From the NCBI GenBank assembly GCA_012270265.1, contig JAAXIR010000262.1, positions 1-19,178 of the forward strand: 19,178 nt of DNA, written 5' to 3'. The notes under the pieces were generated by a model. That model had not been told where the DNA came from, made no database searches, and saw only the letters and a list, made by a program, of their open reading frames with translations. Position numbers and translations under genes: made by a program. Origin of the DNA: Candidatus Poseidoniales archaeon. Its GTDB lineage: Archaea; Thermoplasmatota; Poseidoniia; Poseidoniales; Poseidoniaceae. Positions 1 to 9,149 of this stretch are shown piece after piece (positions within the stretch are counted from its first letter, which is position 1; every line of letters begins with the position of its first letter).

Positions 1-302
1 AAACGAAGACGAAGACAAGCAAACGCGCTTCGACGACATGGGATGTCATTGCCCGAGGAGAACATGAAACCCTCCTGAACGTCGTCATCGAGACAGGACG
101 TCGTCACCAGATACGCGTTGCTCTTGCTGAGAGCGGGACGCCGGTTGTTGGCGACAAAATGCATGGAGCAACGACGAACCTTCATGGACGTATCTGTCTG
201 CATGCTGTGGCCCTTGAATTCCTACATCCTGATACTGACGACCCTGTCCGATTCGAGTCTGAATTCAATCCTGCTTGGAGGCACGGATTGAAGAACCCTT
301 GA
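1..302 (+). CDS. RluA-family pseudouridine synthase, C-terminal fragment (5' part outside window)
   Basis: Frame 3 is open from the window edge to TGA at 300-302. My translation reads ...NVVIETGRRHQIRVALAESGTPVVGDKMHGATTNLHGRICLHAVALEFLHPDTDDPVRFESEFNPAWRHGLKNP*. This matches the conserved C-terminal block TGRxHQIR...GDxxYG...LHAxxLxFxHP of RluA/RluD-type synthases. It is missing from the supplied ORF track because it has no start codon in the window. Confidence 0.75.
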   Translation, partial: TKTKTSKRASTTWDVIARGEHETLLNVVIETGRRHQIRVALAESGTPVVGDKMHGATTNLHGRICLHAVALEFLHPDTDDPVRFESEFNPAWRHGLKNP

Positions 303-323
303 CATTACGGGATAACTGTTCAT

Positions 324-3257
324 ATGCCGGTAAATCAAGACTGGATTTCAGTTCGCGGTGCGCGAACCCACAATCTGCAGGATATTGACGTGCAGTTGCC
401 AAGAGGGCAATTCGTCGTTAGTTCAGGTGTTTCTGGCTCTGGTAAATCCAGTCTTGCCTTTGATACACTTTACGCAGAAGGCCAACGCCGTTATGTCGAA
501 TCACTTTCTTCCTACGCTCGACAATTTATTGGACAGATGAAAAAAGCAGATTGCGATGGAATCGAAGGCCTCTCTCCCGCCATTTCGATCGATCAAAAAC
601 AGGGATCCCATAATCCCCGATCAACCGTTGCCACTGTAACGGAAATCCAAGATTATCTACGGCTTTTATGGGCAAGAATTGGGAAACCACACTGCCCAGA
701 GTGTGGCAAGGAAGTCGCCCGCCGAACGGTCCAGGAAATTGTTGATGACATCATGTGGAATTTTGAACAGCACACGATTGCTGTATGGAGCCCAGTCGTT
801 CGTGCTCGTAAAGGGACGCATGCTGAACTGTTCAAACAATTCGTTGAACAGGGTTACATGAATGGGCGAGTCAATGGCCACGATGCAGACTTCGAAAATC
901 CACCATCATTGGACAAAAATTTCCGTCACGACATCGACGTGCGAATCGATCGATTTGTTCTTTCGAAAGATCGTCGTCATCGAACGACAGAAGCTGTCGA
1001 AAATGCCCTGCGACTCGGAGGAGGAGCGCTCGCAGTAACCAGCCTACGTGTACCCAAAACAACCGTAGAATCTGATGGAATGAGCCGCCCCGATCATCCA
1101 GTGGATACGACCATATCATGGTCGGAAGACTTTGCATGCCCAGAGCACGGGGCATTCATGCCTGAACTCTCGCCACGTGTCTTTTCTTTCAACTCCCCTC
1201 TAGGGGCATGCCCCGATTGCCAAGGATTGGGTATCCAACGACAATTCAACCCCGAACTCATCATCGATGACACACTCACAGTTGCAAACGGGTGTGTTTT
1301 ACCATGGCGACAATCCATGTCCCCTGGGTGGTACAAGAAACTGCTCCAGCAGGTGTGCGAGCACTATGGAATCTCTCCAAATGTTCCGTTCGGATTACTC
1401 GATGAGGATGCGAAAGACATCCTCCTACATGGCTCAGGCTCGACCATTATTCACTTCCATTTCGAATCCGATAATGGGTCTGTGTACAAGATGAATAGGC
1501 CTTGGGAAGGCATTATTACGCGACTTGAGCGTACGTATTCTGAAACCTCCTCAGATCGCACTCGCAACAGACTCATCGCTTGTATGACGGATTTGGACTG
1601 TCATGCATGCAATGGAGAGAAGCTGAATCCAGCGGCGCGATTCGTGACCGTAGGGGGCATTCGACTTCCTGAAGTAAGTCGCAGTTCCGTTCACGAGGCG
1701 TATCAACTCATCAAAGCACTTCATCCAGAGGCCGACGGACCTCCAGAACAGTATGCAGATGTCCTAACCGCTCTTGACGATCGGTCCCTGTTCATTGGAA
1801 ATGAGATTCTCAAAGAAATCGAAAACCGATTAGGATTCTTGGAATCGGTTGGCCTTGACTATCTCACGCTCGATCGAAAAGCCAACACTTTGTCTGGTGG
1901 TGAGAGCCAACGAATTCGATTAGCGACGCAGATTGGCTCACGCTTAACAGGGGTCATGTATGTACTCGACGAACCTTCGATTGGACTTCATCAACGGGAC
2001 AATGAACGTCTCCTCAAAACACTGAGAGAACTGACTGATCTTGGAAACACACTCCTCGTTGTTGAACACGATGAGGACACATTGCGACAAGCGGACTGGA
2101 TCTGCGATCTCGGGCCGGGAGCCGGTCTTGAGGGAGGTATAGTCGTCGCTAACGGCCCTCCAAAGAAGGTCATGAAAGCCAAAGAATCTGTAACGGGAGC
2201 CTACCTTTCAGGACGTCGTTCCATTGAGCCACCATCCGAACGAATCGCTCCGAAAAAGAAGTGGTTGGAAATCAAAGGTGCACAACACAACAACCTCTCC
2301 AACATCGATGCCAAGATTCCTATTGGTTGTTTCACATCAATTACAGGTGTTTCAGGGTCAGGAAAATCCTCACTCATCTCTGGCATTCTTTCGCCAGCGT
2401 TGCAACGTCACCTACATAACTCTGAGAAATTGCCTGGAAAGCATGGTAGTATCGAAGGTTTGGAGCATGTTGACAAGGCCATCATTATCGATCAATCCCC
2501 GATTGGTCGCACACCGCGCTCAAACCCAGCAACATACACCAAAGTCTTTGATGAAATCCGCAAACTGTTTGCAAACACGACCCTTGCGAAAGAGCGTGGC
2601 TATTCACCCGGGACATTCAGTTTCAACGTCAAAGGTGGACGCTGTGAGGCATGCTCGGGAGCAGGTTCGATCAAACTCGAGATGAATTTCCTTCCTGAGG
2701 TCTGGATTGAATGCGACATCTGCAATGGCAAGCGCTACACGAGAGAATGTCTGGAGGTTACTTGGAAAGGAAAGACCATTCACGACGTCCTTCAGATGCC
2801 AGTAGGCGAAGCAGTTGTTTTCTTCAAGAACCACAAGAAAATTCATCGAACACTCGAGACCCTGAACGCTGTTGGGCTTTCTTACATCAGACTTGGACAA
2901 CCTGCGACAACGCTGTCAGGCGGTGAAGCACAACGCGTTAAACTTGCGAGCGAACTGCGCCGGCCACCTCACAAACATACGGTGTACATTCTCGATGAAC
3001 CGACGACGGGATTGTCCTTCAGTGATGTTCAGCTTTTGATTGATGTACTGCTTGAACTCCGTTCAAAAGGTCATTCAGTTGTTGTTATCGAACATCATCT
3101 TGATGTCGTTAAGTGCAGCGATTATGTCATCGATTTAGGTCCTGAAGGAGGCGATCGTGGTGGTCAAATTGTCGCTCAAGGTACACCTGAACAGATTGCA
3201 GATGTGGACGCAAGTTATACTGGACAATTCCTGAAAACGATGCTGAAACCCGAATGA
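324..3257 (+). CDS. uvrA: Excinuclease ABC subunit A (UvrA)
   Basis: 977-aa ORF. Two ABC modules have Walker A GVSGSGKSSL (twice) and signature LSGGESQR / LSGGEAQR. Zn-finger cysteine pairs are present (CPECGK, CPDCQGLG, CHACNGEK, CEACSGAG, CDICNGKRY). The N-terminus IxVRGARxHNLxxIDVxxP is typical of UvrA. It starts 21 nt after the upstream stop, so it is probably co-transcribed. Confidence 0.97.
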   Translation: MPVNQDWISVRGARTHNLQDIDVQLPRGQFVVSSGVSGSGKSSLAFDTLYAEGQRRYVESLSSYARQFIGQMKKADCDGIEGLSPAISIDQKQGSHNPRSTVATVTEIQDYLRLLWARIGKPHCPECGKEVARRTVQEIVDDIMWNFEQHTIAVWSPVVRARKGTHAELFKQFVEQGYMNGRVNGHDADFENPPSLDKNFRHDIDVRIDRFVLSKDRRHRTTEAVENALRLGGGALAVTSLRVPKTTVESDGMSRPDHPVDTTISWSEDFACPEHGAFMPELSPRVFSFNSPLGACPDCQGLGIQRQFNPELIIDDTLTVANGCVLPWRQSMSPGWYKKLLQQVCEHYGISPNVPFGLLDEDAKDILLHGSGSTIIHFHFESDNGSVYKMNRPWEGIITRLERTYSETSSDRTRNRLIACMTDLDCHACNGEKLNPAARFVTVGGIRLPEVSRSSVHEAYQLIKALHPEADGPPEQYADVLTALDDRSLFIGNEILKEIENRLGFLESVGLDYLTLDRKANTLSGGESQRIRLATQIGSRLTGVMYVLDEPSIGLHQRDNERLLKTLRELTDLGNTLLVVEHDEDTLRQADWICDLGPGAGLEGGIVVANGPPKKVMKAKESVTGAYLSGRRSIEPPSERIAPKKKWLEIKGAQHNNLSNIDAKIPIGCFTSITGVSGSGKSSLISGILSPALQRHLHNSEKLPGKHGSIEGLEHVDKAIIIDQSPIGRTPRSNPATYTKVFDEIRKLFANTTLAKERGYSPGTFSFNVKGGRCEACSGAGSIKLEMNFLPEVWIECDICNGKRYTRECLEVTWKGKTIHDVLQMPVGEAVVFFKNHKKIHRTLETLNAVGLSYIRLGQPATTLSGGEAQRVKLASELRRPPHKHTVYILDEPTTGLSFSDVQLLIDVLLELRSKGHSVVVIEHHLDVVKCSDYVIDLGPEGGDRGGQIVAQGTPEQIADVDASYTGQFLKTMLKPE

Positions 3258-3295
3258 AGCCTTCCGTAGTGTTCAAAGAGCGTATGCGATGAACT

Positions 3296-6200
3296 GTGTT
3301 TGGGTCGGAACCAATGTCAGTCCAGGATGTCCGAGTTGAAGTTACTCCTTTACAGACGGAGGGTATGCGTGATGTCCTTGGTGATGTGGTCCAACGCCAA
3401 CTTTTTGCCGACCATGGTATCGATGTCGGAAAGGTTCGCAGCATTCGTGGATATCTCATTCGCAGCACCTATTCTGCTTCAGAAATAGAGCCACATGTCC
3501 AGGATATTTTTTCAGATCCAATCATTGAATTCGGAGCTACCAACACGTCCTTGCTCGAGGACCAGAACTTCTTCCCAATACCTCCATCTCTCACAGTAAC
3601 TGTTGGATTCAAACCTGGTGTCACCGACAATCCGGGAGCAGCAGCAAACGATGGTTTCAAAGTGCTCTTTCCAGAAGGAGAATCCACCATATCCACGTAC
3701 ATCTCCTATGCTTTCCTCGAATTACCAGATGGAACTGATCATACCTGGCTTGCATCCACTCTTTTCAACGGGTTAATCGAGAAATCCATCCTCACAACAA
3801 AAGAACAACTCGAGACAAATCAGGCAACGCACTTGACGTTCCCAGAACGGCCAACCATTGTACGTCAAGCCCCTGCAATCATCAATCTCGAAGTTGCTGA
3901 TGAAGAACTTGTTCGGTTATCGAACGAAGGTTTGCTTGCATTGAACTTGAATGAAATGCAAACCATACGTGATCACTACCGTGACGAAGCAACACGTACA
4001 GCTCGAACCAACGCAGGAATCTCGCCCGATGCTCCAACAGACGTCGAATTGGAATGTCTGGCACAAACATGGAGTGAACATTGCAAACACAAGATTTTTG
4101 CAAGCAAAATCCATCACGTTGACACAGAAACAAATGAAGACACGACCATCGATTCATTGTTCAAAACGCACATTATGAAACCAACCCATGATATGGCAAA
4201 AGAAGTTGATTGGCTCCTCTCTGTCTTCCACGATAACTCCGGAGTCATCGCTTGGAACGACGATTGGTCCATCTGCATGAAGGCAGAAACACACAATTCA
4301 CCATCTGCACTCGACCCATATGGAGGTGCAATGACCGGAATTGTTGGCGTCAATCGCGATATTCTCGGAACAGGTTTGGGCGCCCGTCCGATTGCCAACA
4401 CAGACGTCTTCTGTTTCGGTCCACCGGACTGGACCGGCGAGTTACCCTCAACCCTCTTTCACCCTTCACGTGTCCTTCGAGGCGTACATGCTGGTGTACG
4501 TGTCGGTGGTAATGAATCTGGAATCCCCACCATCAATGGATCAATTGTTTTCGATGAGCGCTACATTGGCAAGCCATTGGTCTACTGTGGAACGGTAGGC
4601 CTTATGCCACGCCGATTAGCAGATGGCCGTGAGTCCCATGAAAAGAATCCAACTCCTGGCGACTTGGTCTACATGGTTGGGGGACGGGTTGGTTCAGATG
4701 GCATTCATGGTGCAACGTTTTCATCACTTGAATTAACGGATGAGTCACCATCAAGCGCCGTACAAATCGGAGATCCAATTACTCAAAAGAAAATGATGGA
4801 CATGCTTCTTGAGGCTCGAGATGCTTGCCTCATTACATGCACAACCGACAACGGGGCAGGAGGCTTATCCTCGTCCATTGGAGAGATGGCTGAGTACACC
4901 AATGGCTGTGAAATCGATCTCGGTAAAGTGCCATTGAAGCAGCAAGGCCTTTCCTCCTGGGAAATTCTTGTTTCAGAGTCTCAAGAACGAATGACAGTGG
5001 CCGTTTCTCCCAAAGACAAAGACGCATTTGAAGCACTTGCGAACCTCCACGAGGTTGAAGCCACACAGGTTGCTACCTTCACAGATACAGGCTATTTCCA
5101 CGTTAAGCACGGGGAAGAAACAGTTGCGTACCTTCCAATTACCTTCCTCCACGATGGCGTTCCACAACTCGAACTCGAGTCTGAGTGGATTCCGCCACAA
5201 CATGAATTGTTCATTGCACCAACAGGGTTGGATCAAAGCAAACTCTTGATGGAAATGCTTGCACGACCCAACATCGCATCAAAGGAAACTTGGGTTCGGC
5301 AATACGATCACGAAGTTATCGCCCAGACTGTTGTGAAACCGTTCGTTGGTGTTGAGCGGGACGGTCCGGGGGATGCTGGGCTTATCGCTCCAATCCATGG
5401 CGATTCACAAGGCCTCGTCATATCGTGTGGAATCGCCCCGCGATATTCCGATATCGATGCAGGAGCGATGGTCGCAGCCTCAATCGACGAGGCCGTTCGA
5501 AACGCTGTATGCGTTGGCGTCGATATTGACAAGATGGCAGGTTTGGATAACTTCTGCTGGCCAGACCCAATTGAATCGGAGAAAACTCCGGATGGGAAGT
5601 TCAAGCTTGCACAGCTCGTTCGAGCGAATCGAGAACTTGAACGCGTGTGCCGTGCTTATCGCCTTCCTTGTGTTTCTGGTAAAGACTCCATGAAGAACGA
5701 TTACGGGGTTTGGCCAAACAAGATCTCGATACCACCTACGATGCTGTTCTCTTTATTTGGAAATCAACCCGATGTTCGAAAAACAGCAACATCGAACTTC
5801 AAACACCATGGTGAACGCATCTATCTCGTAGGAACTACGTACGACGAGCTTGGAGCTTCTGAGGTGGCCTTCCATCTTCGAGAACGTGGCGAAGTGAGCG
5901 GTATTGGAGGCCAAGTTCCCTTACTCGAAAATCCAGAAGGACAATTGGAAGTCTACCGTAAATTGTCCACAGCCATTCAATCTGGATTGATCCGTACTGC
6001 TCATGATTGCAGTGAAGGTGGTCTTGCAATTGCACTTGCTGAAATGTGCATAGGAGGTCGATGTGGGGCCTTTATTGATATTGACGGAATTGGACCGGGC
6101 GATGCATTCAGCCGTCTATGGAGTGAATCTCTGGGCCGAATTGTTGTATCTGTAGAAGCGGAACATGAAGTCGCATTTGTCGAAATGATGGAAGGTGCTG

Positions 6201-6340
6201 ACCTCCATCTCATCGGTATGGTTTCAGCATCCTCAGAGCTGTTGATTGAGGACGGTTATGACACACTGATTCAAGCTGATGTTGAACAATTGACTGAATC
6301 CTGGAAAGGAGCATTGGACATGACGGGGGCGATTGAATGA
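3296..6340 (+). CDS. purL: Phosphoribosylformylglycinamidine (FGAM) synthase subunit PurL with a fused N-terminal tandem PurS-like region
   Basis: 1014-aa ORF. The PurL core is recognisable from PTDVELECLAQTWSEHCKHKIF (aa ~248-267), AETHNSPSALDPYGGA and GDPxxxK onward. About 200 residues precede the core. They contain two PurS-like repeats (VRVEVTPLQTEGMRDVLGDVVQRQL... and VTVGFKPGVTDNPGAAANDGFKVLF...). Position 3296 is GTG. The in-frame ATG at 3314 (MSVQDVRVEV) is an equally plausible start. Confidence 0.92.
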   Translation: MFGSEPMSVQDVRVEVTPLQTEGMRDVLGDVVQRQLFADHGIDVGKVRSIRGYLIRSTYSASEIEPHVQDIFSDPIIEFGATNTSLLEDQNFFPIPPSLTVTVGFKPGVTDNPGAAANDGFKVLFPEGESTISTYISYAFLELPDGTDHTWLASTLFNGLIEKSILTTKEQLETNQATHLTFPERPTIVRQAPAIINLEVADEELVRLSNEGLLALNLNEMQTIRDHYRDEATRTARTNAGISPDAPTDVELECLAQTWSEHCKHKIFASKIHHVDTETNEDTTIDSLFKTHIMKPTHDMAKEVDWLLSVFHDNSGVIAWNDDWSICMKAETHNSPSALDPYGGAMTGIVGVNRDILGTGLGARPIANTDVFCFGPPDWTGELPSTLFHPSRVLRGVHAGVRVGGNESGIPTINGSIVFDERYIGKPLVYCGTVGLMPRRLADGRESHEKNPTPGDLVYMVGGRVGSDGIHGATFSSLELTDESPSSAVQIGDPITQKKMMDMLLEARDACLITCTTDNGAGGLSSSIGEMAEYTNGCEIDLGKVPLKQQGLSSWEILVSESQERMTVAVSPKDKDAFEALANLHEVEATQVATFTDTGYFHVKHGEETVAYLPITFLHDGVPQLELESEWIPPQHELFIAPTGLDQSKLLMEMLARPNIASKETWVRQYDHEVIAQTVVKPFVGVERDGPGDAGLIAPIHGDSQGLVISCGIAPRYSDIDAGAMVAASIDEAVRNAVCVGVDIDKMAGLDNFCWPDPIESEKTPDGKFKLAQLVRANRELERVCRAYRLPCVSGKDSMKNDYGVWPNKISIPPTMLFSLFGNQPDVRKTATSNFKHHGERIYLVGTTYDELGASEVAFHLRERGEVSGIGGQVPLLENPEGQLEVYRKLSTAIQSGLIRTAHDCSEGGLAIALAEMCIGGRCGAFIDIDGIGPGDAFSRLWSESLGRIVVSVEAEHEVAFVEMMEGADLHLIGMVSASSELLIEDGYDTLIQADVEQLTESWKGALDMTGAIE

Positions 6341-7170
6341 GTCAAGACGTCAAGGTTTGCGTTCTGTTTGGCTTCGGAATCAATTGCGATCGAGAAACTG
6401 CAGCAGTGTTCGAGATGGTTGGCGGCATATCGGAACGTATCCACGTGAACCGTCTTGTACAAGGTGAAAGAAGCCTATCTGAGTTCGACATACTTGCAGT
6501 ACCTGGTGGTTTCTCATTCGGAGATCACCTTGGAAGCGGACGTCTTCTCGGAAATCGTCTTCGATTCGCACTACGTGAACAATTGCAACAATTCGTCACT
6601 GATGGAAAACCAATCATCGGCATCTGCAATGGATTCCAAGCTCTCGTAAAGACAGGGCTTTTGCCAGGCCCAGCAGATGCTTCACTCGAACCCGATCTTG
6701 TACAGCGGGCGAGCCTTACTCTCAACAATACGGGTCGTTACGAGGATCGATGGGTCACATTGGAATTCGATTCGGAAAGTCCGTGCATTTGGACGAAAGG
6801 AATCCAGAGGATTGAGTGCCCAGTTCGCCACGGCGAAGGGCGATATGTTATGCCAACAGAACAAGATCTCGACAATCTGCAGTCGAGCCATCTGCTAGCG
6901 GTCCGATACGTTGACCCTACAACCCCGGTTGGTGAGGGAATTCAAGACGAATTGTTGCCGTTCCCAATGAGTCCGAATGGAAGCATGAGAAACATTGCAG
7001 GAATCTGTGACTCGACGGGTCTTGTGTTTGGATTAATGCCGCATCCAGAAGCCTTCTACAGCATGTGGCTTCATCCCGAACACACATCGATGGATCTCGA
7101 TGATGATTGGGAAGGTGAAGGATTGCAAATCTTCCGAAATGCGGTTGAGTACGTTCGTAGTCAGCGGTGA
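6337..7170 (+). CDS. purQ: FGAM synthase glutamine amidotransferase subunit PurQ
   Basis: 277-aa ORF. The start overlaps the purL stop (ATGA at 6337-6340). It has the class-I amidotransferase nucleophile elbow GICNGFQAL and the His/Glu pair in MPHPE. The N-terminus KVCVLFGFGINCDRE is typical of PurQ. Confidence 0.93.
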   Translation: MSQDVKVCVLFGFGINCDRETAAVFEMVGGISERIHVNRLVQGERSLSEFDILAVPGGFSFGDHLGSGRLLGNRLRFALREQLQQFVTDGKPIIGICNGFQALVKTGLLPGPADASLEPDLVQRASLTLNNTGRYEDRWVTLEFDSESPCIWTKGIQRIECPVRHGEGRYVMPTEQDLDNLQSSHLLAVRYVDPTTPVGEGIQDELLPFPMSPNGSMRNIAGICDSTGLVFGLMPHPEAFYSMWLHPEHTSMDLDDDWEGEGLQIFRNAVEYVRSQR

Positions 7171-7176
7171 CCAAGA

Positions 7177-8184
7177 ATGAGTCGTCGGCAAGACATCGAT
7201 CAGATTCGAGGTCTTGCCATTCTTCTGATGATTATGGGACATGCTGCAGCCACATGGGCGCCGGCAGATGCATCAACAACATCCTTACTCGCTCTTATCG
7301 TTGCAAGTCTTGGAGGTCTAGCAGCACCGTTGTTTGTAACTGTTGGAGGTTGGGTCACTGTTCAATCAACATGGACGTTACGAAAAGCAATGATTCGATT
7401 CGTCTTTTTGATGATTGCACAGTTTCTCGTCAACATCACTGCATCCCATCTCTTTGATCCATTCACACCGGGCGTGCTCTCTCTGTTTGCTATCCTGTAC
7501 CTTTTGGCGCCAATATGGATCCGGATTTCACGGAACAGCATAGCATTTGGAGCAACCCTTGTGCTCATTGGAATCATCAATACCGCATTCTCACCAGGAG
7601 ATTCCTCTCTATCATGGAATGACAGAATTGAGGCGATAACAATCATCCAGTTTCTATCTCATTTACTGGTAACAGGGACATACCCACTGTTCCCATGGAT
7701 GTTCTTCTCGATTCTTGGTGCAGGTATCAACATACATGCTCCAACAATCCGAAGACTTAGTCTAGTGATCGTATCAGGATTGCTTCTCTGCACATTGTTT
7801 CTGTATGAATCAATACAGACAAGCATTCCATTCGCCCAACCCCGAGGAGAGGCCATACTGACCTTCTTTCCAGCGAACACTCCGTTTCTTATCGGTGCGT
7901 GTACTGGTGTTCTGATCCTATGGCTACTCCTCGAGAACCGTCTACCATTACGTGGTCTACATCATTTAGGACAGCTTTCCCTCACACTCTACCTTGTCCA
8001 TTTTATCCCAATTTACCTGGGATCAGACGTAGTTTTAGCGTGGTCTTCTGCTGTACCAGTTGTGATTACGTTCACGCTGGTATGGTGGCCTTTGAGCGTG
8101 TTCTGGAGAACACGGTTTCCAACATACTCACTCGAGTATGCGTTACGACAGATGTCTCGCCATGAAGAGGAGAGGGCGCCGTAA
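7177..8184 (+). CDS. Polytopic membrane protein, DUF1624 (HGSNAT-like) / acyltransferase-3 superfamily
   Basis: 335 aa with about 9-10 hydrophobic helices. The N-terminal signature IDQIRGLAILLMIMGH resembles the (L/I)DxxRGxAxxxMxxxH opening of DUF1624 and acyltransferase_3 proteins. GGTGA lies 6 nt upstream of the ATG. Substrate is unknown. Confidence 0.55.
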   Translation: MSRRQDIDQIRGLAILLMIMGHAAATWAPADASTTSLLALIVASLGGLAAPLFVTVGGWVTVQSTWTLRKAMIRFVFLMIAQFLVNITASHLFDPFTPGVLSLFAILYLLAPIWIRISRNSIAFGATLVLIGIINTAFSPGDSSLSWNDRIEAITIIQFLSHLLVTGTYPLFPWMFFSILGAGINIHAPTIRRLSLVIVSGLLLCTLFLYESIQTSIPFAQPRGEAILTFFPANTPFLIGACTGVLILWLLLENRLPLRGLHHLGQLSLTLYLVHFIPIYLGSDVVLAWSSAVPVVITFTLVWWPLSVFWRTRFPTYSLEYALRQMSRHEEERAP

Positions 8185-8196
8185 GGCGCCCTCCCC
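8169..8196. terminator. GC-rich hairpin at the junction of convergent genes (possible bidirectional terminator or RNA-stabilising structure)
   Basis: GAGGGCGCC (8172-8180) pairs perfectly with GGCGCCCTC (8185-8193) around a 4-nt loop GTAA. The loop contains the TAA stop of the 7177-8184 gene. Two further G:C pairs (8169-8170 with 8195-8196) follow one mismatch. The hairpin sits 32 nt from the rhodopsin stop on the other strand. No oligo-T tract follows on either strand, so a terminator role is uncertain. Confidence 0.4.
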
Positions 8197-8227
8197 AGTC
8201 ATGACATGCTGTAATCTATCTCTCTAC

Positions 8228-9118
8228 TCAAGCGGTAGCTTCGGCAGCCTTCTTGGCTCCCATCCATGCTACGACACCGAATCCGATCTTGTTGATCATG
8301 TCAGCGATGTTGTAAGCAATACCCATCCAGAGTTCGCCTGCTTCGCCAGCGTCGATGATAGCGACTTCTGGGCTGAAGAGGTAACCTGCTGGGTAGATGA
8401 TCCATCCAACAACGATGAACCATCGGAGAGCGTTTGCGCTCCACATGAGTTCTGGGGCGATCTTGTCGTTATCGACACCCTTACCACTTGACCATGGTGT
8501 ACCGGTTGCGACAATGATCATTGCCCATCCCATACCTCCGAGGATTAGTGCTAGGTACTTGTCCATAAGACCAGCTTCACCAGCGTATCCGAATCCGATC
8601 ATGATGAGTGCACCAGTGAAACAGATTCCTGTGAATCCCATTCCAAGGGCCTTTGCATCAGTGATAGCATCCTTGCCGACGAGGCTTGGGAACTTGAGTG
8701 CCATGAGTGGAACAGTGATGATCCAGTCCATGTATCGGTACTCAATGGAAACTACTTGGTGCTCGACGTAGACGCCACGCATGTAGTAGTAGTGGAACGC
8801 TGCGATACCAACGATCAATGCGGAGATTGTCATGGTTGTGCGGTGTTCCTTACCGACGTTTCCGCGCTCGCTCATGAAGAAGACGAACGCTGCACCCATT
8901 GAGATGTAACCAACGAAGAACAAGAAGAAAGTGACGAGTTCTAGTCCGTCGTTCTTGTTATCGTTTAGCCAATCAGCGGTAGCAGGGTTGGTTGTTTCAG
9001 CAGCTGCTGGAAGAGCAACTGCTGCAAGTGCAAACAGCATAACAGCGAGTACAGCGCTGTTTCGGCGGTTCAACTTCAGGCTTCGTAGTTTTGATGAGTT
9101 TTCATACTGCATGTTCAT
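8228..9118 (-). CDS. Proteorhodopsin-family microbial rhodopsin (DTK motif, Met at spectral-tuning site)
   Basis: Seven hydrophobic helices. Helix C is RYMDWIITVPLMALKF and helix G is AYNIADMINKIGFG, with the retinal Schiff-base Lys codon at 8288-8290. The PR-type His is present in IAAFHYYYMRG. The track ORF extends to 9226, but that extension overlaps the upstream ABC gene and covers a TATA box. I therefore call the ATG at 9116-9118 (MNMQYENSS...). It is followed by a signal-like hydrophobic stretch AVLAVMLFALAAVALPAAA. The ATG at 9110-9112 is an alternative. Confidence 0.92.
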   Translation of the reverse strand: MNMQYENSSKLRSLKLNRRNSAVLAVMLFALAAVALPAAAETTNPATADWLNDNKNDGLELVTFFLFFVGYISMGAAFVFFMSERGNVGKEHRTTMTISALIVGIAAFHYYYMRGVYVEHQVVSIEYRYMDWIITVPLMALKFPSLVGKDAITDAKALGMGFTGICFTGALIMIGFGYAGEAGLMDKYLALILGGMGWAMIIVATGTPWSSGKGVDNDKIAPELMWSANALRWFIVVGWIIYPAGYLFSPEVAIIDAGEAGELWMGIAYNIADMINKIGFGVVAWMGAKKAAEATA

Positions 9119-9141
9119 CAAGGTGTAATGATTTCGTCGCG

Positions 9142-9149
9142 AATATATA
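9142..9149 (-). promoter_or_regulatory. Archaeal TATA-box-like element for the rhodopsin gene
   Basis: The minus strand reads cgaaaacgaaag-TATATATT-cgcgacgaaatcattacaccttg-ATG. The AT box ends 23 nt before the ATG and is preceded by a purine-rich BRE-like stretch. No Shine-Dalgarno motif is present. This geometry fits a leaderless or near-leaderless transcript. Confidence 0.45.

Noticed and set aside
2224-2685. 153-aa plus-strand ORF in an alternative frame inside uvrA
   Set aside because: The UvrA frame is continuous and conserved across this region, including the second Walker A. The alternative frame gives a low-complexity product.
8138-8771. Plus-strand ORFs 8138-8491 and 8397-8771
   Set aside because: Both are antisense to the rhodopsin gene, which has clear 7-TM and retinal-pocket motifs. 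Their translations have no membrane or domain signature.
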